A stretch of 64,000 nucleotides of DNA from Tubiluchus corallicola (taxonomy: Eukaryota > Animalia > Priapulida). Location of the stretch: positions 62,001 to 126,000 of the forward strand of contig JAQGDQ010000133.1 of NCBI GenBank assembly GCA_030141605.1. The letters are read 5' to 3'. This document shows positions 1-41,279 of this stretch, piece by piece. Position numbers and translations under genes: made by a program. The notes below the pieces were generated by a model, which made no database searches, was not told the DNA's origin, and saw only the letters and a list, made by a program, of their open reading frames with translations. Position 1 is the first letter of the stretch; each line of letters opens with the position of its first letter.

Positions 1-1810
<1,810 letters not shown>

Positions 1811-2074
1811 TTAAGAAACTTTTTAGTATAAACGACAACAAAACACACTAGACCGGCCAACGCACCAACTGAATCTCGTACACGAACTTCAAACAAAACG
1901 GTCGCGCGCTTTACCCGCGCGATAGCCAGCGTATTAATCCGCGACGTGGGCGTATCTGGGACGACCTTAATTAGATATGTTTTAAGGGGGTGAGAAGCTC
2001 CCTGTTTTTCGATGTGGATGCTGTTTTTTCAGTAGTACTTAATTGCTATTCCAGTTTGCGGAATGTAATACATG

Positions 2075-2795
2075 TAGTATAATGTTATTAGCAACACCAA
2101 AACCCCAACACGTTAGAAAAAAGATTGTGAAGATGTGAAATGAACAAAACTGAATATTGGTTTTTATGGTGTGCACATGATGCAACTCAGCTATCTAGCG
2201 CATAAGCTTTCTAGCTTAGCTTTTGATTAACTTTTAATAATTAGTGCATTCTAGGCTCTATGTTTGAATTTCAAATAGTTAAGGTGGCCTAATCTGATCA
2301 GTTTTTATATATTCTAGCTAGTAATTATAAACTAACAATGGTAAAATTAATATTGGGCTGAGAATAGTATCCTGCTATGCGAAATCTCTGTATTTGATCA
2401 GATGGTAACTTAGGTTAGAATTAAGACATGCGCTCGTGCATCAGTGGTCTTAATTGGCATCGGATATGTAATTCAACAGAATCTTGATGGAATCCAGGCT
2501 GTCTCCAATACAAAGTTCATTAAGGCAGTTACAACAGATTATGTAAGATATGTAGAGATGAGGTGGCAAAGGACCAAAAGATCATCGAATCACCCAGTCA
2601 CCACTATATAACTTAGTAATGATTGTGTACCAAATAACTGAAGCAATGAAAGCTAGGAATACAAACCAAAGCTAGTTGGTAGGCGTACGCACTAGCTGTG
2701 GTTGAGTTAAGTAATATTTTAGTAGCTGCAGTTGCGCCATACAATCATTTTCCTAACGTTTTGGGTTTTTAGCATTACGAATAACTTTTTAGTAT
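2075..2795. mobile_element. Degenerate MITE-like element with ~55-bp imperfect terminal inverted repeats
   Basis: 2075-2128 (tagtataatgttattagcaacaccaaaaccccaacacgttagaaaaaagattgt) is an imperfect reverse complement of 2741-2795 (acaatcattttcctaacgttttgggttttttagcattacgaataactttttagta). Superfamily not assignable. Confidence 0.5.
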
Positions 2796-4126
2796 AATAT
2801 TAGGTTATCATTAAGTACTAAAATACAGTATAGCGTGCACGTGCAAAAGAATATCTTAAAAAGTTCTATAGTCCTAGATCTCGAAAAGATCTGTGAATGA
2901 CAGCAGATAAAGTACAATCCAATTCAAGTTCTTAATTCAGGGATGTCCATTGGAAAAATCTGCCCAGCCTCTTTATTTAACATGTACATATAGATTCCCA
3001 TGATTTCCCATGTCTAAAAGCTAAAGAGTAAGGTACTATACGTGCAGCAGAAGCAGACACTAACACTGCATCTTTTTCAGAAACACTGAGTTGATTTTTT
3101 TATTTTTACTTTTTTTGTTAAGTGCACAAAATAATTAAAATACACAATTTTGGAATGCATTTTATTCGTTTTCGTATTTTACATTCACTACATTTTGAGG
3201 TTCAGCTATTTTTCCAATTTTGTAAACAAAGTTCAACAAGCTAGACTACTTTTTCTACTCTGAGATTGTATAGGTGGAACTTGTTATGTACGCACGTCTC
3301 TGTAGACTCTGTTACATTTAAAATTTGACTTATAATTATACTGCTACCTTTTACTGACTTCTGGCTTTTTCTCGACTCAATATTGGACCAAAAATGTATG
3401 TATGCATTTTCGCTTTTTAGTGTAACGTAGTAATCTGTAGCACTTATTTTTCTAGCACTTATTTCAGTAGTTTTGTAGAGGTAGTAATTGTAGACTACAG
3501 AAAATTTGTATTTTTTGCAGAATAAACTAACATAGACATGGGAACGCAACTTTGGTTTGAGCGTATACATTACATTGATTCGTATATTATATATATATAT
3601 TATTCAAAATGTATAAATTTATTTAATTTTGAAAAAATATAATTTGTTGCATTTTTCACTACGAGTCATAATTTAATTAATTAACTAATTGTTTAATTAG
3701 TTATAATAATATCAATTGCAGGTACCAAACAGTAATACAGAATCAATAGGCTACAATAGGGCATGAATACTACAGCATAAAGGGCATCATAATGTTACTA
3801 GTGGGTGATTTATCACGAAGTTACGTTAGTTTTTAAAGATTTCCAGTTTCAAAATTATTCCACATTTTTCTTTTTATATTCATACTCTTCTTTTTAACTA
3901 CTATTTTAGTTACGGATACTTATTCTTTCTAACTACTCAGTGGCGGCCAGATCATTGCTAACATTGAGGATCGTCGATTATGTAATTAACACCCCTTTCG
4001 TTTATAATAGATTATCCCACTCTGTTTAACGAACTATATTTTTGTCGGCGCGTTTCCGCATGGTACTGTAGGGCAGTACAGCAACTGCGCAATGCGCCGT
4101 AACCATTGCTAATGCCATGCTGAAAG

Positions 4127-4648
4127 ATGGCGACCTCCTTGTTCACGTATTCCCTGATATCCTTTTTGTGGTTTTTATGCTGTTTTGTTGTCATATACGA
4201 TCCTCTTGAGGTTTCGTGTGAAGAACCTCAATCAAGCAGTGCACGTGGCTTTGGTGATCATATACAGTGGGAAACTAAACTTGAAACAGCGTTTGAGAAA
4301 GCAATTTCTGATGATAAACCACTCATGTTATTAATACACAAGAGTTGGTGCGGTGCTTGTAAGGCCTTAAAACCTAAATTTGCCGATTCCACAGAAATAG
4401 GTGAACTGAGTGAGAATTATGTAATGGTTAATTTACTAGATGACGACGAACCAGATGATCCTAAATATCAACCCGATGGTGGTTATGTTCCACGGATTTT
4501 ATTTTTCACTCCTGGTGGCATTTTACGCGATGATGTGTACAATGAAGGCGGAAATCCAAATTATATTTACTATTATTTTAAACCAGAAAGTATAGTAAAA
4601 AGCATGAAGAAAGCAATGATGCCACGGCATGTTCCTGATGAGCTTTGA
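4127..4648 (+). CDS. TXNDC12: Thioredoxin domain-containing protein 12 (ERp19/ERp18, AGR family), single coding exon, 173 aa
   Basis: Uninterrupted ORF with a hydrophobic signal peptide, RGFGDHIQW, KPLMLLIHKSWCGACKALKPKF (CGAC active site), PDGGYVPRILF and a C-terminal PDEL ER-retention-like tetrapeptide. ATTAAA follows at ~4692. Confidence 0.95.
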   Translation: MATSLFTYSLISFLWFLCCFVVIYDPLEVSCEEPQSSSARGFGDHIQWETKLETAFEKAISDDKPLMLLIHKSWCGACKALKPKFADSTEIGELSENYVMVNLLDDDEPDDPKYQPDGGYVPRILFFTPGGILRDDVYNEGGNPNYIYYYFKPESIVKSMKKAMMPRHVPDEL

Positions 4649-5249
4649 TAAATACTTAATTACAGTAGCTGTATATCAGGCACCTGACTGCATTAAAATT
4701 AATGTTTGCACAACACCTGTGACCACTTACCTTGCTAAAGTGTTACCTTATGACATGGAAAATGAAATGTGGTTTTAAAGAAGGGGTAATGTTAAGAAGA
4801 CCCCTTTTGTGATGTCTTGAAACATTTCACCTGAATCCCCAATAGCATAAGTTATTACTCTTTATTTGCATTTTGCATTTTACTCTTCTTTTGCATTTTG
4901 AAAATGTAATATTTACAGCAAGTAATTAAGGTAAAATGTTAACTATTCAAGCTTTGCTTTTGTGGCACTTTTCGGAGCAAGGTTTAAAGTGAATCAGTTA
5001 GCAAGTGCAGTCAGTAGTCCATTTATGAAAGTGAGGGTTAGAGCAGATCAGTCAGCAGGCACAAAGATAAAAGTGAGAACAGATCAGCTAAGCGGTATAG
5101 TCCATAATCCTGCCATGGAGATAATCCGCAGGCATAATCGGCAATGCAGTCATGGAGGTGACGATGGGTTTAGATTAGAGCTGGCAAAGTCTGTCATCCT
5201 GCCACAGAGATGAAGTGGGAGCAGACTTTGCCAGCAAACGTAGTCTGTA

Positions 5250-6000
5250 CAGCCACAAAGCTGGACGGTAGGACAAATTGGTTAACTCAAGCATCCAAGG
5301 GTGATCATCGAAGAGCGAAGTAACTCCAGAAATTTGGAAATAGATATTGTGGGGGTACCCGTAGCCCATGTGACTCTTGTGCATCGAAATTGGGACTCTG
5401 CTTCCTTGACTTTTTCCTTTTGGGTGGCTGGGAGTGTATGTGTATTCTTCCTAAATGTTTCCTCTGTTAGGAGTCCTGAGCACTGGACTAACCAGGATGA
5501 CTGATGAATGGACCATAACAGGAAGTAGGGTACTCCAGAGAGAATTAGTAGTGGCATTTCAGAGAGGTATTCTCAATTCATCTAGTGGTATTTCATGTAG
5601 AGAACCTTCAACTTTCAATCTTGAAGGTATTTGTCTGCCACCAGCTAGAAGATTGGTAAGTTCCATGAACAGCTAGAATTGGCGACCTCATCTTTATGCC
5701 AAAGATGTGAGAATGACACTTCTCTATTGCAACGACTTTGATAAAATTCGTTAATTTAGTATTCTGGTTTGTTAAGCTTGATTATTCATTGTGTGTTCAA
5801 CTGTGTTGCACACCTCACTGTGCTATTATGTTGTTTTGAAGGATTTGGATTTGAACTTATGAGAGTGAGGACTTGGACTGGAACCGTTAGGATTCCAACT
5901 ACTTCACTGACAATATGGTCTACAGAGTGACAAAATTGTAAGACCTGGAAGTTGGTGAACATTCTTAATGATAGCCTGCAGAAAAGTAGTGTGAAACTTT
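5250..6000 (-). mobile_element. Heavily decayed retroelement remnant, possibly Ty3/Gypsy integrase region
   Basis: Higher-GC segment. Minus-strand fragments across frameshifts read NATTNS.SGVPYFLLW, resembling the Gypsy integrase motif YNxTxHSTTGxSPYFLL, and CHSHIFGIK. Many stops; assignment is by eye only. Confidence 0.3.
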
Positions 6001-6824
6001 GCAATTTTTTTTCTTACTAGTAGATGGCACCACGCTCTACTTTAGCATTAGCTCATGTGATACTGAGTAGCATTACTTTTCTGTGGTATTTGTGCATCTA
6101 ACCTTACGAAAGTTGAAAATATTGCTATTTGAATTTAGATTGAATTAGATTTTAGATAATTAGAGCTCAAATTAGATTTTAGATGATAATTGCCAATATC
6201 AAAGTTGCACAGCAGAATAGTTTGATCAGATATGTTAACTCATTTGGCTGGAGACAGACCATTTGGGCATGGCCAGGGCTGAAACATATTACTGGTCAAG
6301 TCATTGATGTGACTCGATCATGCGTGAATATATTATTTCTGTGTTTATGCTACAAGTCATGTACCTAGAAAGCTAAACTTTCATGGGAATCCTCGTCTAT
6401 TGGCTGATTAATGATTACCATATAACAAGTATATATCATATACAAAAATAGAAATTCTTGTGAGTATGGGAATACCGGCGATAATCAAGGAAACAACTAT
6501 AACTTATCGGGTGTAAAAAGCACTGCTACTGAGCACATAATTATCATGCATTTTGCAAGAAGAGATAGGTAAAGATACTTATTGCTAACCTTAATATTGA
6601 CGATCATACACCCGGTAGCTCATTAAGTAATCACACATCATTTGGCTCTTTAAATGGTCTGGTCGTTTTTGAGTTGGCAGCTTGCATAAACATTAAAATG
6701 ATGCATTCATATTGGTGCTGTATAGCAAAGGTATAAATTTTGTGATATTAAGCCAGTTTTGTAGTGCAATAAATTTATGTAACACAAATTTTATGTACAG
6801 TAAACTACACTTAGTAGTATTTCT

Positions 6825-7421
6825 ATATGTTCATAGAGTGGTTGTTGTGCTAATTGATTTTTGCTGGTTTATCAGTATTTTTTCAAATTTGCATCTGTTT
6901 AGTTGTTTGTACTTTTTCAAAGGTAGAATGAATGAGTTTCTTCAAAATATGGCCAAATCTTAGCATTATATTTTCAATTTATAATCAGACCTTGATGATC
7001 TGACATTTTATAGTTATGTAAGCTAATTTTTAATCAGGTGCAAATATCCTCTGTAATAAATTCCCTAATATTTTCTGTAAAATGTGCATAAGAACTGTAT
7101 GGGATTGCATTCTTTACATGAAAAAAGTGTATCAGTATAAAATATGTTCATAGTGTTCTTGTTATACTAGTTGATTTTTGCTGGTTTATCAGTATTTTTC
7201 AAATTTGCATCTGTTTAGTTTTTGTATTTTTTCAAAGGTAGAGTGAATTAGTTTCTTCAAAATACTGCCAAATCTTAGCATTATTTTTTTCACAGTTTAT
7301 AATCTGATTTTGATGATCTGACATTTTATAGTTGTGTAAGCTAATTTTTAATCAGGTGTAAATAACCACTACAATAAATTCTCTAATATTTTCGGTAAAA
7401 TGCACGTATAATAAGAACTAT
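6825..7421 (+). repeat. Local tandem duplication, two ~280-bp copies at ~316-bp period
   Basis: 6825-7100 and 7142-7421 share long near-identical runs such as ttgatttttgctggtttatcagtatttt, caaatttgcatctgtttagtt and taagctaatttttaatcaggtg. Confidence 0.85.
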
Positions 7422-8185
7422 GATTTTTACTATGTTTAAAAATACATTGCTTAAAACATCTGTTTCAACTAAATATTGTGCAGTTTTTAATTTCGCTAAT
7501 AAATAAATAATTTACAGCAACATGTAAACAAAAACACTTGCACTGTTACACACGACAGATATTAACATTCACATAACAACTGTTGTTCTCAAAATGTCGT
7601 AACAAGGAACTTAGGCCACCAAATGAAACCAGTTTCATATTGGAAGAAAGTATGTGGCACTATTTTACAAGCTGAGGGGTTGATAATGTTTGAACTTTAA
7701 AGTTCACCAGCTTGGGACACCAGCTTCTTTTTTTCTTTCCTGCTAATATAGATGTTCAGTCAGTGAATAACATAAGCTGCATAGCTACTTAAAAGTTACT
7801 ACCAAAGCAAGTGATTGCGAAAAAAGCTCACATTGGGAAAATAATGCACAGTGACGTAAATATTTACGTCGTTATAACGCCCCCCCCCCACCTATAATGC
7901 CAACCTCGCTGACTGCCAAAACAACCTATATTTGTATAGACAATTGCGTATTAATGCACCTCGTTATATTGCCACACTCGCTATAATGCTAACTTTTCTG
8001 CAGTCCCAAACTAAATGGCATAAAGTGGTTTGACTGTATATCAACAGAATATGCACAATTTACAAAATGATAGTACAATGCATATGCAAAAGCTGTTTGA
8101 TGCTGACAAGAATGGTAACAAATGCACAGTGACATAGATAGGCATATCAATGGGTTAATGTTAATAATTACACATCGTACTAAAC

Positions 8186-8822
8186 CTACGTTTTACGACT
8201 ATCCAAAAATTAGTCCAACAATAGTAAAAATTTTCTAATTTGGCTCCAAACAGTCGCAAAACATAAACGAGTGTTCGCCATTGTCTTCAAAAGGTCGCTG
8301 GCTTTGGTAGAAAATTCTAACATCAGAGTCACAAAATTTGCCACCTCGCCAAAACTTTGATAAACTGCTGCGAAGTTGTCTCAGCATGCACGAAACGGAC
8401 AAATATGTCACCAATTATTTGATGCGGTCATCAACAATTTCAAAACTCATGAAAACTTAGAAAACACTTTGAGACGCTTTTGAGACTGATGTGACCACTT
8501 TGCAATTAATTTTTCAATATTTTGGCGACATTTTAGAGAACCATGGGTATCTCACACTTCTTTCCACAAAAATTCTGTGAAATGATTGCAGTACACTCAT
8601 GTGAGTGTTGTGCATCTTGTCAGATCGCCAAATATGCAGCAAATGTGGTGTGCGGCATTCTAATGATTTTTGCCCAAGAAAAAACCAAAACTAACAAAGA
8701 AAGTGGCAAAAATCACACAAAATTTAGAATTTTGCACGAATGTTTTGTGACCTGGATGACAAAACACAATTTTTTGGTGACTGTTGGATTAACAACATTT
8801 TTGGTCATCGCAAAAGAGCCTT
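8186..8822. mobile_element. Possible old MITE with degenerate terminal inverted repeats
   Basis: Left end ttttacgactatccaaaaat-tagtccaaca resembles the reverse complement of the right end (ttttgcgatgaccaaaaatgttgttaatccaaca). No clear target-site duplication. Confidence 0.35.
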
Positions 8823-9987
8823 ATTCCCATAAAACCCTAGCTTAAGCGTAACTGAATACAATCGTAGAGAAAGTAACATCAGTGTTGTACATTAAGTTGA
8901 GAGGATTCTTCCAAGTTGTATAAAACAGGTTTTTGTAATTGCACTCAATTCCCGAAACAGTCACATGTATGAAATAGAAAGCTCACAAGCTTTCCATTAT
9001 GCAACAAGGCCAATATAAACATTTTTACACATTTTAAACACTTAAAATTGTTATTAAACAACAATAAACCGTACCCATATTGTGCAGGCTCACATTAAAA
9101 TAGACTATAAATTATTAAAACACATTCACTAGCCGACAATAAATAATGGAAAAAATTTCCCATGGATTCATAATACGACAAAAGTGAATTGCCAATAATG
9201 GCAATAGTAAAATGTTTCTCACACGCGCACTATACAATGGGACGCAAAATTGCATAACAGAAAACTGCACTTGTATAATATATTATACATACAACATTTG
9301 TATATGAAATCTGTTTGGAGGATAAAACTTAAATGCAGCCAGACGTGTCAACACAGCACAGTTACATATAAAATTATAATCAGTGCATCATTTTATGCAC
9401 TCAACAACTTATCCGCAGCGTCAGTAGCAAAGGAAAATCTCGGAAAATATCACAATGACTTTATGTATAGACAAATAAATAATAAAATGCAGAATTATGC
9501 ATATGACTTACGTAGCAACGCACAAATTCTATATGCACGTGAAATAAGACATGCGTAGAAGTACAAATGACCTTATATAAGCTCATGTAGTGAATTTAGA
9601 AAATAACTGTTAGCGGAAAAAACACCGGGTGTTACAACGAATCTTAGGTCACCGTACTTATGAAAGAACGGTACTTAAGTAGCATGCAGTTTGTTTTTTA
9701 GAATATTAACATAAGCTTCTCTGCGGCTTTGCCCACAGAGGTATTGTACCACCACCTGCGAGGAAGTTTTCCAATTACACGGGAATTTCACATTTTCATA
9801 TGAAAACTGCATGTTATGTTACGAGTGAATGAATACTTCCTCGGTATATTATATAAAGCTTTTGCATTTTCTTGCTAAGGTCAATAATAAATAAAGCATT
9901 GCCATCTATAGAATGGTCATTTGTATAACAGAATACTAGAACAGATCATCATGTTCTGTATGAATCTATAACGTATAGAACGTTTAA

Positions 9988-38442
<28,455 letters not shown>

Positions 38443-38825
38443 CTTTGCACAATATGTTTCGCTCTAAAATGAAAATCATAAATTTAAAACTAACGTGCAC
38501 AGCATCTTGCAAATTCAATGTGCAACTAACTAAAAACCAAAACTCACAACCATAATCATTCTTTAGTGCTGCGCAAGCGAGATGCGCATGTTGTGTGCAG
38601 CGGGTTTCTGGGAAGGCAAATTCTCCAGATAATTCAGTCGATAAATCAAAGAAGCAGGCTGGTCCCTCAAACGCAGTCCCTGCTCAAAGCGACTAACAAT
38701 TTTGAATCTACATTAACATTGCAATAGTTTCAGTATATAAATTTATCAATAAGTAACGTACAAACAGAACTGGACAACTCTAAATTCTAGGACAGAAAGC
38801 TAACGACTTCAAATAAACCTATGCC

Positions 38826-39810
38826 CATAGGCACACGAGGAGAGGGGAAATGAATTGAGTATTTCCAGGGCAAAATCTGATAATTTGCTGACCGAATAAT
38901 TCAATTTTAAAATTTCAAAATTTAAGATTTCAATACATAAAAATTACTTATGTGCTGCATTACCTATTTTTACTAGATGCAGTTGATTACTAGATGCAGT
39001 TGAAGTGTTTCTTGTACAACGAATTGCTTTTAACTTTAATAATTTTAAAGTTAATAATAATGCCTGCTATCAAGTTTCATAAGATCACTAAATCTCATAA
39101 GTTCGTTCTAAACTTTTGAAATACATGCCTATCATGTACTGACAAGGTTATAAACATGTTTACATAAAGTGAAAGGGAAATTTAAACCGTCATCACATTT
39201 CTGTTGAATTCCTGAAACTTTAGAAAGAGTATATCTGTGTTAAAGGACTTGCATGCTTGCTCGGTGAAAAAGTAATGCTTGTGTCTTCTTAGACTTATGA
39301 TCTTTTTAGTAGATTTTATTATAATTTGGACTTCTTGCATTTATATACTACTACTTTTACTATGGTGTGTCACAGGAAATGATTGCTCCCCACTGTGCAG
39401 AAGAACCCAAAAAGAATGGTGTCATTTCTCATTTCTTTTTCTCTCTTCATGAATTTTTGATTTCTGACAATAATCAATGAAAAAACTTTAAAAAACGTAC
39501 TAAAATATCGCATTGATTAAAATGTTAAAAAACATGTTTACAGGTACAGGTATTTTATACATAGGGAGCTGCCATTTTTATCACACTCTGTGTATGTTAC
39601 ACTGAACTAAAATATGTATAAATACAAATAAGTATGAACGTATAGACCTATAAGTGTAAATACTTTGTTTTTAGACACGTTTGTCAGTCTATACCTTACA
39701 TAATATTGTCCTGTTGTTTGCATGAAATCACTCAAACTAGAGCAACTTAGACAATTTTCAGGGCAAATTCCTTCTGCCTCTCTTGCAAAACTTCCTCACA
39801 TACACTTATG
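38826..39810. mobile_element. Old hAT element derivative, ~985 bp
   Basis: 8-bp TSD cctatgcc (38818-38825) and cctatgct (39811-39818), degenerate TIRs cataggcacacgagg and cctcacatacacttatg, and subterminal cagggcaaa motifs. Confidence 0.65.
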
Positions 39811-40499
39811 CCTATGCTTTATTAAAATGTTTAGCATGATGGCTGGATAATTTTGGTGAAATATTACAAAGATAAAAATTATGAAAAATATTTATAAAAA
39901 CAATTATATATATATATATATACAATTAGGATATTATACATATTAGGATACGTATTATATATACATATTAGGATGCGTTATATATATATATATATATATA
40001 TAACATTTATGTTGCATTTTTAGTTTTTTTTTGCATTGGAATGGCATAATGTAATTGTTTTTATATTTTTCATAATTTTTATGAAAAACCTTCTTTGGCA
40101 GTACGACTAGCAAATAAACATTGACATGTGTTTATTTGCTTGTCGTACTGCCAAAAAAGGCAGTTATTGAGAATTAACCATGTTGGGTCTGAGACATTAC
40201 TATACCATAGAACAAATCGATTTGGATTATATAGTAAGTGGGTAAGCGCCTATAGTAGCTACCACTCAGTCTTTTACTCTCTAAATGCTTTCAAATGCAC
40301 TGTTATAATAGCATCTCAAGATTATAGTTTTTACAGTAATTTTTTTAACTTCATTTATTCCTACCTGCTATATTAAAAAGATGTTTTAAAAGACTAATTA
40401 ACGCAAGTAATATGGAGTAATTTGAGTTTAATCTGATTGTATATATAACCATATAGATATAAAATAATTATTATGTAAAAGCTTGCTGAAGTCATTATT

Positions 40500-40720
40500 T
40501 CATTTACCACATTTCAGTGGAAAAGCTATTTTTACTGTAGTTTCGGCTTTTGGCTGGCTAGTGGCAGTGGCTGGCTAGCCGTTATGAAGTCTTATGCGCA
40601 TACGCGTACTACACGCCCATTTACTTAGCAGCCAATAAAATTTAAGAGCGTCATTCTTTGTATCGATTGGCAACGTCCTTGGCATCAGCTGTGCCTGTTG
40701 TCCATCGCAGGGTGGGTACG
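40500..40720. promoter_or_regulatory. Putative bidirectional promoter shared by SNRK (minus) and the DOR-like gene (plus)
   Basis: Local GC/CpG enrichment with CCAAT at 40632-40636, ATTGG at 40666-40670 and an NRF1-like tgcgcatacgcgta at ~40595. A minus-strand donor (GTAAAT, 40502-40507) and plus-strand donors (40712 or 40716) point away from each other. Both genes have acceptors just upstream of their ATG, so both need an upstream non-coding exon. Confidence 0.55.
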
Positions 40721-41279
40721 TATAACACTAATTTCTTTCGTTTTTCACAAAGTTAGAAGCACTTTGTCAACATATTATAGAACAAAACGCGTGTTAAATA
40801 AACATCATATGTACTAAACATAATTCTAAAATGTTTATTAACGCACAGCTGTAATAAAATAGGAAAATACTGAAAAATTTACTCGATCCTGCTTTCATCA
40901 TGCCTTTATTAATCTAGATGATTTCGTTGACATAATTTTTTTTGCTATTATTGTAAATTACGGTATGTAATTCCGAGCAGGTGCAACAAAAACTAATTTA
41001 AGCTTATAAACTTAATATTACTTTACGTTGTAAATTGTTTTGGAAACTATTACTATCTTTCTGCAAAGGCTATAATCGTTCTTAGTGATATTATGACTTT
41101 TAATTCATTTTCCATCTCAAATTCGAGTAGCTAAAATTGTATACAGCATTGCCAATATACACAAAAATCTGATACATTCTGTTTTACATAATTATTATTA
41201 TATTTTACGTATTTTTATGTATACAAACGGTGCCATATTTGCTTGACTACTTCTAAGGGGTGATTTCAATTTACAGACA

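Noticed and set aside
3241-3570. 109-aa minus-strand ORF between tubulin and TXNDC12
   Set aside because: AT-rich, no recognisable domain and no supporting splice structure.
4762-4829. SECIS-like pattern (ATGA, 11 nt, AAA) with hairpin in the TXNDC12 3' region
   Set aside because: The 3' GA of the quartet is out of register, the active site is CGAC with no in-frame TGA, and the terminal TGA is followed directly by TAA. A stem-loop exists, but a selenoprotein is not supported.
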